Part shown: positions 52,577-64,000 of the stretch, one piece after another | Layout: each line of letters opens with the position of its first letter | Position numbering within the stretch: position 1 is the first letter of the stretch | The notes under the pieces: generated by a model | What the model was told of the DNA's origin: nothing | Database searches by the model: none | The model's input: only the letters and a program-made list of their open reading frames with translations | Made by a program: the position numbers and the translations under genes | NCBI GenBank assembly: GCA_964019335.1 | Contig: OZ025708.1 | Coordinates: 1-64,000 of the forward strand | Direction: 5' to 3' | DNA: 64,000 bases | Source of the DNA: Diplonema japonicum | Taxonomy: Eukaryota; Protista; Euglenozoa: Diplonemea

Positions 52577-53930
52577 TTTTTTTTTTTTTTTTTTTTCAAA
52601 ATACCAATAGGTGCCACCATGGGGGAGCAACACCTGGGAAGGGGAAAGGTGAAGGGAAGCATGGAAATATTACAGGGAGGGCGAAGACCAGTTCTTCTGC
52701 AATCAGATGGAGCTGTGGACTCCGCCAACCCGTGCACCTGTTTGGAACAGCCGAAGAGGGCTGAATTACTTTAATTCCAAGCCGCGTAGACCTACGTGAC
52801 TCGGACGGGGACCTTGACCCCAGTTCGTCGTTTTTCTCAACTGGGACCTCTGGTGACCGGAACTGGCCCCGGTCGCCCCCTCGAGAGGGATTTGCTCCAT
52901 TGAGCGAAACATGAAAGGGTGAGAGTAAAATCTCTCAAAATCAAAAGGGGAAGCGAGTGTGCGTGTGCGCATGGGGATGATAGGGGAAGCATTTGCTCTC
53001 CCCGCTGCACTCCGGCTGGCGGGGGGAGGGGATGGCCGTACCACACTCGTTCGTGCGAAGATGAGAGGACTCATCTGGGCAACTTCAGAGTAGGCCGGGC
53101 CATCCGTTTTTGACTACAATGTCAGGGCACACGATAACAAGAGGATGTTAATTTTAAAAATTTAAAAGTTTAAAAGGGGACGGGCATACTGGTAAGAGAA
53201 AGGCCAGACGCCGGATGATGATAAAGAAAAGGATGAGAGGGAGTGGAAGAGAGGGGAAGGGAACGTAAGCACTAAAAGAATTGAAATGTTGATCTCACCC
53301 TACTCACTTCAGCGCAACACGGGGGCCGCAGGGCCGGCGTCAAGGGAGACAGCCGGCGGGATGAACGAAGGGGCAGCGGTACCTGCCGTTGCCGCAGACG
53401 GCGACGTGAAGACCCCGGATCTGGCCCAGTCAAGCAAGCCAGAGTCGGCGATGAGGGTGAATACCTGCGTCACGCGTTTTGACAGGCACTCCACCAGCGA
53501 GGGGCGTCCATTGGGAGCGTCGAGCGAACCCCGTCCAACCACAGCGCACCCCCCAACAACGTGCTCCCTGGACATCTTTGCTCCACACGCTGGGCAGCTG
53601 AGCTCAGCCTTCTTCCTGTTCGGTCCAGCCGCCTGCAGGAAGCCGAAGAAGAGAGCGGAGTGCCCTACCCTCAGCCGCGAGATGACCGTCTCCGCTAGCC
53701 TGGGGAGGGACTGGGGGAAGCACGCCGCTCGGAGCCCCGTGGCCCTCGCGTATCTCGGGGCCACCTCCCCGACAATGACCGCAGACCTCTGCTGAATCTG
53801 GCGACGGACCAGGGCCCTGACCGACCTGTAGTCGAGAGAGGGGCGAGTCAGCTCGCGCTTCGTGCCCTCCCCGGCCAGCCTGTCTGCCGCCTCGTTGCCA
53901 GGAACCCCGCAGTGGGACGGCACAAACTGG
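52577..53930 (-). mobile_element. 5'-truncated family C LINE
   Basis: Poly(A), UTR and ORF2 end (53309-53930). Confidence 0.9.
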
Positions 53931-53935
53931 ATAGA

Positions 53936-56706
53936 TTTTTTTTTAATAATAATAATAATAAATATTCCACTACCAGGCGGGAGGATCGAAGGGGAGTAGA
54001 GAAAACCAAAGGGAATGGGACATCACTTCAAACCAAGAGAGGTGTTTGAAAGTGATTCGTGAAAAGCAGTCTCTGTTACTGAGCCATTGGTCGAGGGGTC
54101 CTGGTCCGCTGCTCCCTGTTGTAAATTACTTGGACCCCCTCACCACGCTCTTTTCATAATAAAATAAAACCGATCCCACCCACCAGGCAGCACCTGGGTC
54201 TCGAGGCATTAGCCGCCTCTAGTAACAAGAGACGACCTCCCAGATTTTAAGAACTTTGGAGGAGTTTCAATTGTGAAAAATTAACCAGCTGACTGTGAAA
54301 CTCCACCGTCTGCTGGACTTGTTGGGCTTTCGGGAGCCAATAAATTCAATTCAATTAAGTTTCGTTCTACAGTTTTTTTTTTTTTTTTTATATATATTCT
54401 TCTTTTTTTTTTTTTTTCTTTTTTTTTTTTTTTCTCAAAAATAAAGGAATTCAAATCAAGCTCGATCGTGTACACCGAAGCTTGAATCATCTGTCCTTCT
54501 TTTTTTCTTTTTTTTTTTCTTTTTTCTTTCTATATGAAAGGTGAGTGAAAATTTTGAATAACACTGGGGGCGGGGGTCAGGGGCCTGGTAATGGAAAATA
54601 AGGGAAGACACTGGGGAGGGAGGTGAAAAGAAAGGATAGGAGTGAAGCCAGAGTCGAGAGATTGAGTTAGAAACAATTGCTGTCTGAAGTCGTATAACAA
54701 CAGTACAGCTTCAAACTCAGGATAATTTGAGAGAAAAGTATATAAGTAAAGTTTAGTTTATAATATAATTTATAAAGGGGATTATATCTCACGGTCGGTC
54801 ACAACAGGCCCCGCTGTTCCAGGAATTGTACGGTTTTCCCGGCGTCAGTTGACAGTAGGGCCTTGAGCGAAGGAAGGGAGGAACCGAAGATCTGACTTCT
54901 CTGGTCAGCTCTACCATCGTCCTGGCATTCTTTCAGGAGGTGGCTCAGCGTCTGAGGCATCGAACAAAGGTGGCATGTGACCACATCGGCCGGGGGATTG
55001 AGTAGATACCCGCTTATGAGGGGGCTCTTCCCCACTCTCAGCCTCATGATCGCAACTTCTTGTTCCCTGTTTAGCTCTTCAAACTTCTCGAAATTCCCTG
55101 CGAAAAGCTCTCGGTATGTCTCCTTGACACCCGTTTTTTTCCAGAAGAGGAGGTGGCTCGCCAGTACCTTTTTTCTCACCAGTGACTTCACGATGTCTAT
55201 GCTGGTCTTCTGTTCGTGGGCAACTGCCCGGCAGGTCTCCTTCGCCTTCTTGTCCGCCATCTCGTTCCATTTGAATCCGCAGTGACTTGGTACGTACTGT
55301 ATGACCACTTTGTGGCCTCTCTTTACAAGTCCCGCTACCTCGTGCCACAGTTTGTACTCGTCTGCAGAGACAGCGGACAGGTGCCCCTGGCACATCCTCC
55401 TTATTACCGACTGCGAATCAGTGCAAATAAGGACCATCTCTTGGCTCGTGCCCACTCTCTTCGAGAGGTTTGTCGCGAGGTGCAGCCCCAGCTCTATGGC
55501 CCTTTGCTCGCACCTGTAGGATGACGTATAGGATCCACCGCTGACCCCATACGAAGCTTTTCTCTCCCCTCGCAACAGTATCGCAGCAGCTCCTCCGTTC
55601 CTGCCGTCCTTCAATGACCCGTCTGTGAAGATCATGCAGAAGGCTTTTCCGTGCTTCTCGATAAGCCGGTTCAGAGTGTCCTCTGTTGCTTTCCTTCTGA
55701 CTTCACTGGTGTCCGATCTCTTCACATGTATGTCGAGGAAGGGGGCCAGTATCAGTTTACCCTCGAATCTCTGCCAAGGTGTAACTCTGTACTTCTTCTC
55801 AAAGGCATAACCTGAGAATGGTGTTGCCGCTCTCTCTGGGAGCTTGTAGGCCCTGGCTGCTTCCCTTTGTCGATCTGACCATGTTTTCTTCGGGAACAGT
55901 ACCTCGTATCTGGTCAGATCCTTCAGGGGTTGTGTAGCTTGAAAGGCAGCTGTGTTCTCCTTCCTAATGATGGACTCGTACAGCAGTAAACTGTCGTGTT
56001 CGATCAGCGCATCGAGTGTCCACAAGCCAGCCTCGTTTAGTGTAGCGAATGTCTCTGATGTCGCTACACATCCTGTGATCGTTAAAGCTGCCCGGTACTG
56101 CAGCTTCTGGATTCCTTCGTGGTACGTGCCCCTCCCGCCTATCACGAAAGGTCCGTACGCCCCCAGACAGTAACGGAAAACTGGCTGTACGTACGTGAGG
56201 TAGAGTGCCCTCATTACCACTTTCTTGCAACCCCACTTCGTCCCTGCCAGTCTTCTCAGTAGCCTGACTCTGCTTTCCGCCCTTCTCAAGACGTCTGCCG
56301 TATGTGCGGCGAAAAACATGTCTTCCTCAAACGTGACTCCGAGCAGCTTTGTTTTTTCAACTACCCTGAGCTCTTCCCCCCCCGCAAAGGTTGCCGATAT
56401 CTTCCCTTTTAGGGTCCTTTGGGGATATGAGATGCCCGCTACTGGCAAGAACTCTGTCTTGTCTTTTGATATCACCATCGAGTTCCAGGAACACCAAGTC
56501 TCCACGATCCTCAGGACCCTCGACAGCTTCTCGTTCAGTTTCTCAACATCTTTCTCATGAACCACCACCGCGATGTCGTCTGCGTACATCACAGCGTCAA
56601 TTCCCTCCTTTGCGAAAATCGCTGACAGGTCGTCCATATATAATGAGAAGAGGGTCGGAGCCAGGATCGTCCCCTGTGGAACCCCTCCTTTTATCTGCCT
56701 TTGTGA
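53936..56706 (-). mobile_element. 5'-truncated family E' LINE (RT end and RNase H, ORF 54799-56637)
   Basis: YADD, FTDGS, CHLC..HLLKEC. UTR near-identical to family E. Confidence 0.9.
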
Positions 56707-59700
56707 TTTTTTTTTATAATAATAATAATAATAATATTTGTTCCACTGCCAGTGGGGGAGACAAAAGGTGGAGAGAAGATAAAGAGGTTTGAAACATCAA
56801 AAGTCTGTGTTGCACAGGGTGACATAATTGTGCCTGGCAAATCACAGGGTGAAGCAAGACGGTATTCAGTAAGGGGAGTGTGTGTATACTTCCTTTCAGA
56901 TATTCCATTGTTCCATTCTTTCCTGGTCAAAATCTTCTCCTTTTGTATCGCCTATGGCGCAGTCAGTCTGCCTCTTGGCCCCCTTGTACATTCCTTCGAC
57001 TGTCCTGCCCATGGCCACCTTTTTTCCTTTCCCCTGGTAGCGCATCCCCCTCAATAGGAAGGATCGTCTTAAGGATTTCGGGGCGACTCTTGCCTTCGAC
57101 CGGCCCCGAGCCGTCCCCATGCCGGTTTTTGTTTGTCGTTGGGGCTTGAATGGTTTTTCTTTCTTTCTGTTGTTTATTTATATAGTTTTTTTTTCTTTCT
57201 TTTTTATTTTTTTTTTCTTTTTTTTTTTTTTAATTTTTTATTTTTTTTTTCTTTTCAATACACTGTACCGTCTTAAAAGGAGGGAGGGGTTTTTTGGCAG
57301 GGAACGAAAATACACTAGGGGAGGGGAGTGAAGGGAGGATTGTTCGAAGCACTATTTATTCCTTTTTTTCGGTCGACCTCGCGATCACGCTAGAAGACCT
57401 GCGAAGAGTGCTGAGTAAGAAGGAGAAACAGGAATGCGCTGGGATTGATGGATGGAGGCTCTGCGAACTCGCCCACTTACCAGATGCCCTGCTAGAGGGA
57501 TTCATCTTCCTATACAACTGGATTGAGGATGAGGGACGATGGCCAAAGGCAGTCCTGACCGCGCTTGTTACGATGATCCCGAAAGGAGAATCCGAAGAGC
57601 CGCTAGATCACAGACCTATTACTGTATCGAGCGCATTCTATCGGCTCTGGGCTGGCGCACGACTACCAGCCATCCTCGAATGGCAAGAGGAGTGGATTAC
57701 TCCGCTCCAATTCGGCTTCAGACCGGAACACAGCACAGATGACCTCCTCGCGAAGGTCTGCACCAGTGTGGAGTTGGCAAAAGTATCTGGCAACCACCTT
57801 TGGGGTCTCTCGGTCGACTTCAAGAAATGCTTTGACTCTGTCCCCCACGCACTCACGTTCGAACTGGTCGATCGGTTAGGCCTAAGCCAGCTCATCCTGA
57901 GACCGATCAAGGCCATCTACTCTGACCTAATCCGCCGCCTACGTTTCCCCGTGGGAGTAGGTGCTCCATTCCGAACCACGAATGGAATACTCCAGGGATG
58001 CCCGATCTCGCCCGTTTTCATCAACGCAATCCTTGCCATCTTCACCAAGAAATGTACGGCAAATCCAAGAAACGCACACCCAGTGTCATATGCAGACGAC
58101 CTTAACTTCACGTCAATTACCTCGGAGGCCGCGGTTCAGCGTTCCGTAAATCTACTAGGCAGCCTTTGCAAGCTCACGGGGATGACCGTACACCCGAAGA
58201 AGACCAGGTCATTTGGAACGAAACCCAAATACCGGGGGAATGTGAAGTTGAACGGAGAGACCTTTGCCACGACCAGTAGTCTGCAAATCTTAGGGGTACA
58301 AATCTACTTCCAGCCGAGCAGGAGGGATAACTCGAGGGTCCACAAAGCCCTGGCCGAAATAGAACGCCTCGCCTCAACTAGGCTATACCACGATCGCAAG
58401 GTACGGATCATCGCAGAGAACATCCTGCCATCCGCCTTCTACGGCATCCTGTTCGACCCGATCCCGGACTCTTGGCTGGAGAAATTGAAGAAGCGGATCA
58501 CTCTTTGCGTCTGGGGTGCCCGCAACCCAATGCGCTCCTCCAGCGCCCTGCTGGGAATTGCCCATAAGGGACACACCCTGGACCCGTACTCTACTGCGAT
58601 CTACAAGGCCATCTCTACTCTGGGACGACTTTGCACACGACATTCGAACAAGTCCCTTTTCATATCATGCTGGGAAGCGTACAGGAGAGCAAGGGATCAA
58701 GGCTCTCCATCATTTCCGATGGGACCATTTGCCAATGCAGACCTATGGCTCCGAGAAATAGGGTCAAGGTGGAAGGACTTCCAGACGAAGATACTACCGC
58801 AAGGCAAACAGCTCCTGAAACACGAGATCAGGACGCTGCTGAAAGCCAAACTACGTGAGGATCTGGCCGAAGAGCGAGACACCTACCAGGGGGTCGAAAC
58901 AGGCATTGACGAGGAGAAAACGAACTTCCTCCACAACGAGGTGACGACCACCAACCCACAGAAAGCAAGGAGGATACTTTGTGCCATTGCGGGCGCGATG
59001 CTTCCCCTACACCCCAGAGCTTACGGCGACATGAACGGCTCACATACGAAATGCCTGGGGTGTGGCACACCATATAACATTGGGAACGGGACCAGCTCCC
59101 TACTACAACATACGATCTGGCAATGCCCAGCGCACGCCGACTGCAGAACGACCAACACTGACCGCATTCGGCTGGTGCAAGACCACGTCAGCTGGCCAAG
59201 CTGCGCCCGACTACACGGCATTATTACCTCTGATATGGACATAAGCCTGACAAGTGTCAAGGAACTACACCTGATGTTTGCGGAAATTGCGGGGAAACTC
59301 GAGAGCCTGCACACCGAGAAGCAGGTCAGATACGACAATCTGCACTTCTGGAAAAGACCATTCCAACCGGGAAACCTATTAGAACCGAAACCCCTCATTT
59401 GGTATCACAAGCACGGGCTGGGGAAGAAGTACTTCCCGGGGCTGATCCCGTTTGTCCTCAAATGGCTGAGTGCCCTGAAATGGGGCAAGGATGGAGGGCA
59501 AGTGTCCAAGGCGGAGCTTGCTGTCGACTTCATAGCAACGGAGAGAATCCACATGGGTGGTGAAGACCTGGCATGCTGGGCTAGGAAAATCGGAAGAATC
59601 CTCAACGTCCTGGACAGGGCACACAGAACAGGAACGGGGAATCACCTGATTCCAGCAGAAACTAAGAAGTCAGTACACTCACTGCGTACCCTGGGGCTCC

Positions 59701-61070
59701 ACAGCCATTCCATCATTGGATACTCCACTCGTCCGGTCTTCGCGTCCCCGAAGGCAACCCACCCGATCCTAGAGGAGCAACTGCGAACGCATTGCATCCT
59801 CAACAACTCGCTAGTCGGTTTCACGCCCAAGCTGCTGATGAGATACTACGACGGGCCTAAGGCACTACCACGACAGAAGGGATCAAACACTAGATGAGTT
59901 GATTGTCGTTAGGCGATCCTGTCACATACTGCAGGTTCCCTTCAAAGACACCTTTTTTTCTTTTTTCTTTTTTTTTTTTTTTTCTTTTTTCTCTCTCATT
60001 CATTTCATTTCTTTTCTTTTTTCCCTACTCAACACCTTACTTGTCTCGCTCATGAGCCTAATGCTTTTAATAGAGGAAACTCTACCATCCCACGTAAAAT
60101 AAATTTATCTTTCAAAAAATGTTTTATAAAAATGTTTTAAAAATGTCTTAATTTATCTCATGGTCACCCCCTACAGCAAGCCAATCTCTTTCAAGAAAGA
60201 CTCAACTCTAGGGGATTCATCGGTCAGGAGTTCGGTGATGGAGTGCGAACCCAGGTGCCTCGCCCTCTCCACCTCGGTCCCCCTGCACTCACTCAGAAGA
60301 TGCGTGAGGTTTTGCACCTCTCCACAGAAAGTGCATTTCACGTCCACCTCCCTCGCCCCTTCGCGTCTCAGGTATCCCCTGGTGAGCTCGGACTGGCCAG
60401 CACGGAGCCTCATTACCTGTATCTCACCCCTTCTCGAGGCCAGGCCTCTCAAAGAGTGAAATCGGCCTCCAGTACGTTCTCTGTATGCCTTGTCCTTCCC
60501 ACTGTCCTCCCACAGTTCCCTCCACTCTTTGTAGATCATTCTTTTAACGTAGGACTTTGTTGTTCTGTAGTCCGTCAGAGAATAGTGAGTGCCAGCCGTT
60601 GTGTGTTCCTTAGCAGCCTTAGAAGCAGCCTCATCCGCTCTCTCGTTGCCCTCGACACCTACGTGGGCAGGGATGTACTGTATCGTCACCGACAGATTTC
60701 TGTCATTCAGTATCCTGATATGCTGCCAGATGAATACCTCGTCACAATAGGTTGCTGACTGAGGGCCTTTTTGTAGGCTCAGGATCAGTGATTGAGAATC
60801 AGTGAGCAGTATTAAAGGGATGGTCTTTTTCGTCCGGATGACTTTCTTCGTCGCCACTGCCGCACCTCTCAAGCCCAGCAGCAATGCTTTGGTTTCCGCT
60901 CTGAAAGAGCTGCAGTACTCACCTGCAGACCCCTTCACCACTTCCTCTTTCCCCCTCACCCTCATCACTGCTGCCGCTCCCCCTCTCCTGTTGTTGGGCG
61001 AGGAGCCGTCGGTGTAAATCCTCATGGAATCCTTCGGGAGTGCTGCGATCGTCCTCAGCGCCCAAAACGA
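56707..61070 (-). mobile_element. 5'-truncated family A LINE (RNase H 60171-61062), interrupted by D2
   Basis: A UTR 56707-57370 resumes at 59951. Confidence 0.87.
57371..59950 (+). mobile_element. 5'-truncated D-clade LINE (D2), RT ORF ending at 59897, nested antisense
   Basis: GIDGWR, VDFKKCFD, GILQGCPIS, YADD, CLGC..HTIWQC. Direct repeat cctttttttc at 57361-57370 and 59951-59960. Confidence 0.88.
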
Positions 61071-61795
61071 TTTTTTTTTTTTTTTTTTTTTTTTTCAAAA
61101 TACCAATGCAGGGCCGCCATGGAGAGCAACACCTGAGAAAAGGGGAAAAAAAAAGGTGAAGGGAAACCATGGGGAAATAGGGAGGGCAAAGGACCAGGCT
61201 TCTGCAAGCAGGAGGAGCCCTGGTCCCCCACCAACCCGTGCTCTGCTTTGGGACAGCCGAAGAGGGCTGAATTACATTATTCCCTCAGTCAAGTGAGAGA
61301 AAAACGGGGGCCTACCTTCCAGCTGGATGTCCTTCTTTGGCTGGAACCTCCGGCGGAAAGCCCCCCAGGGAGGTATTGCTCCTATTGAGCGAATCATTGG
61401 TGAGTGTGAAAATAAAAAAGGGGAAATGGGAAACAGTGAGAGGAAGGGGAAGGAAGGGAAAGGAAAGTGGGAAACACAACATTCCATTTTACACACACAC
61501 GCGGGGCGATCCCTTAGCGCAGCACGGGGGCCGCGGGACCGGCGTCAAGAGAGACCGGAGGAGGGGGCGGCACGTTTGAAGGTGCAGTGACGTCTGTAGA
61601 CGCCAGGGATGATGGCGAGGTGAACAGTCCGGAGCGTGACCAGGCGAGCAGGCCAGACTCAACAATGAGGTCGTAGATCTGGGTCACGCGTCTCGACAGG
61701 GAGAACGCTAGGGAGGGAGTACCAGCAGGAGTGTCGATCGCCCCCCTCCCGATCACAGGGCACCCACCGACAACATGCTCCCTGGACATCGGTGC
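61071..61795 (-). mobile_element. 5'-truncated family B LINE
   Basis: Poly(A), UTR and ORF2 end. Confidence 0.9.
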
Positions 61796-62072
61796 AAAAA
61801 AAGACACAAAAAAAGACACAAAAAAGACCAGAAGGAGGGAGTGCTAAACCCCCCTACCTATGGTGCTGTTTGTTCTCTTCTTGGGCGAAAGGCTCATGAT
61901 ACCTTCACTTTGATTTTTGATTTCTCGAGCTCTGCTTTTCAACTCAGCTTTGTTGATTTTTTCTTCCTTTCCCCATTTTCCTTTTATCCTTTTCAAACCT
62001 TCTCTGATGCTCCCGACCCGGCAGTGGAACAGATATTATTATTATTATTATTATTATTATTTAAAAAAAAAA
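61796..62072 (+). mobile_element. 3' UTR-only unit J (H-related), plus strand
   Basis: Ends GGCAGTGGAACA-GA-(TAT)n-poly(A). Confidence 0.65.
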
Positions 62073-62100
62073 GAACATATTATCATCGCGAAAAAAGTAC

Positions 62101-64000
62101 ATGGGCAAGAAGAAAGACAAGCACAAGGAGAAGGCAAAGCCGGAAGGGAACGGGGCCAGCACGCAGCTGGCCCAGTCCAAGGCCAGGGAGGAGCGGCGGG
62201 TGGAGAGGATGCTCCGCAGCGCGGGAGCAGCCGGGGAGCTGGGGCAGCTCCTGACGCCGGAGCACCGGGAGAAGATGACGGGGGTGGTCACCGTAATTGA
62301 CCTCCTCACGCCCGACGCCGCCGCCGCTACAGCCGGCCCAGCGACACCTGTCGCCTCCACCCCGACCGGCTCCGTCAAAAGGCCGGTTTCGCCTGACGCC
62401 AGCGTCGCCACCCCGACCTCCAGCAAGAAAGCTAGGAGGAAGGCCGCCAGAGCCGCGCGCGCTGACGCTGCCGCCGAAGCCGCACACATAGCTGACGCCA
62501 CACACCCCCTCGAAGCCGCACGCACTGCGGCCGACGTCGAACTCGCGGGAATCGCTGCTGATTTGGAAGCCGACGTGGTAGCTGCAGAAATAGCAGCTAA
62601 GATGAAGGCTGCGCAGGAGGTGGCTGATGCTGCGGTTGTCAAAATGGCAGCCGAGACGGAAGCTGCTCGCGTGGCTGGTGTGGAGGCTGCTCGCAGAGCA
62701 GTCGAGGCTGAGGAGAAGGCTCTGCGCGAGCGGTCTACTGCACGACTTGCGGCAGAGGAGAAGGAGGCTGCGCGTGCTGCGGCCGAGATGAAAGCAGCCG
62801 AGGAGAAGAAGGCTACAGCCGCAGCCGCTGCAGCCGAGAAGAAGAAAGCCGCAGCCGCCGCCGCCGCCGAGAAGAAAGCAGCAGCCGCCGCCGCCGCCGC
62901 CGAGGAGAAGGCCGCCGCCGAGAAGAAAGCAGCAGCCGCCGCCGCCGCCGCCGAGAGGAAGGCCGCAGCCGACGCCGCCAGGAAGAAAGCTGCAGCCGCC
63001 GCCGCCGCCGCCGAGAAGGAGACCGCAGCCGCAGCCGCCGCCGCCGAGGAGAAGAAGAAGGTCGCAGCCACCGCCGCCGCCGAAAAGGAAGCCGCCGCAG
63101 CCGCTGCCAAAAAGGAGGAAGCTTTGAGGTTGGCGGCCGCCAAGAAGGCAGATGCCCAGAAGGTCGAGGACGAAGCAGTCGCGAACGCTTCCGCCAACGC
63201 GTCAACAGACCAAGGCACGCTCCTCCTCAGCTCAGACTCTGACACCAGCTCTGGCCCTGAGGAGATGGAGGACGACCCTGCCCCTGCCCCTTCCACAACC
63301 CCGCGATGGGACCTGGTGCCAGACACATGGGACGCCCCGATCTACACCAACGTGTCCCCCCCGACGGAAACATCCCGCGCTGTCATTGCGCTCGACGATC
63401 CCTCCGGAATGGGGGTCGTGTGCTCCGCGTTACCTACGGCATCCATCACCTTTGTCCTTATGACAGAGGTCCCCGGTGTCACCACCCCCAGCGAGATTGT
63501 CATGGTCTCTGGGTCGCGCGCAGTGAACAGGAGGGTCCACGTCTCCACGTTCGGGCTGGACCCCCCCACCTACACCCCGCCTTCCACCTTCAACAGCGGA
63601 TCGGAGGTCGTCTACGTCTGTGTCAGTGCAGACAGCCTGAAGGAGGCGAAGGCCAGGGTCCTGGAGCTCGCCAAGGCTCAGGGCGCGGTGATGGAGGATC
63701 GTGCGGTCTTCCGCCCAAGGAAGTTCGGTGAGGAGGAACCGCGGGCGAGGCACTGGACCCACGAGGTGGGACTGCGCCTGCAAGCAGCACACGTCCACGC
63801 CGTCCTGCGCCGGTCCGGGGACGGGTGCTTAATGCGGACGACGGAGAGACGCGGGGGGTACGCTTATGTACCCATCGTGGCGGAAGGGAGGGCGGATGCC
63901 TTTCGGATTGCGGGGACGCTGGGTGGGTTGTCTCTCGGGGTGGCGCACCGTAAGGGATGGACTGTGCGGTGCCTACCGGAGACGGAACAGCGGCTCCGGG
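62101..64000 (+). CDS. Family B ORF1 (partial, runs off the window), plus-strand copy
   Basis: ATG GGC AAG AAG..., matching the minus-strand ORF1 from 27235 downward with small in-frame indels. Confidence 0.87.
   Translation, partial: MGKKKDKHKEKAKPEGNGASTQLAQSKAREERRVERMLRSAGAAGELGQLLTPEHREKMTGVVTVIDLLTPDAAAATAGPATPVASTPTGSVKRPVSPDASVATPTSSKKARRKAARAARADAAAEAAHIADATHPLEAARTAADVELAGIAADLEADVVAAEIAAKMKAAQEVADAAVVKMAAETEAARVAGVEAARRAVEAEEKALRERSTARLAAEEKEAARAAAEMKAAEEKKATAAAAAAEKKKAAAAAAAEKKAAAAAAAAEEKAAAEKKAAAAAAAAERKAAADAARKKAAAAAAAAEKETAAAAAAAEEKKKVAATAAAEKEAAAAAAKKEEALRLAAAKKADAQKVEDEAVANASANASTDQGTLLLSSDSDTSSGPEEMEDDPAPAPSTTPRWDLVPDTWDAPIYTNVSPPTETSRAVIALDDPSGMGVVCSALPTASITFVLMTEVPGVTTPSEIVMVSGSRAVNRRVHVSTFGLDPPTYTPPSTFNSGSEVVYVCVSADSLKEAKARVLELAKAQGAVMEDRAVFRPRKFGEEEPRARHWTHEVGLRLQAAHVHAVLRRSGDGCLMRTTERRGGYAYVPIVAEGRADAFRIAGTLGGLSLGVAHRKGWTVRCLPETEQRLR

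Noticed and set aside
1-64000. Telomeric repeats, CRISPR array, prokaryotic retron/DGR or group II intron system
   Set aside because: I saw no TTAGGG arrays or repeat-spacer pattern. The RTs have LINE architecture, with APE where the 5' part is present, in an SL-bearing eukaryote.

Overview
Eukaryotic DNA, almost certainly from a diplonemid (Euglenozoa): a complete 39-nt diplonemid-type spliced-leader exon lies at 817-855. Nearly the whole window is a multi-family array of non-LTR retrotransposons. Most are Ingi/I-group-like elements (ORF1, then 2A-like peptide-APE-RT-RNase H-Cys/His tail). I label them A, B, C, E, E', G and Z, plus UTR-only units F, H, I and J. They sit head-to-tail on the minus strand, each poly(A) or (TTA)n tail abutting the 5' end of the next unit. 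Two RNase H-less APE-RT LINEs (D, D2) are nested antisense in 3' UTRs. There is also a decayed pogo-like DNA transposon and a tRNA-Lys(TTT)-like gene. Main inferred novelties: (1) different routes to ORF2 in different families (in-frame UGA with a conserved linker and covarying stem; a conserved IRES-like spacer RNA; a -1 overlap), all leading into a 2A-like motif; (2) junctions that look like end-to-end RT template jumping; (3) a covarying 3' UTR pseudoknot shared by at least five families; (4) a non-autonomous unit carrying two copies of an unknown structured RNA. Family labels are mine, and all alignments and base pairings were done by eye.
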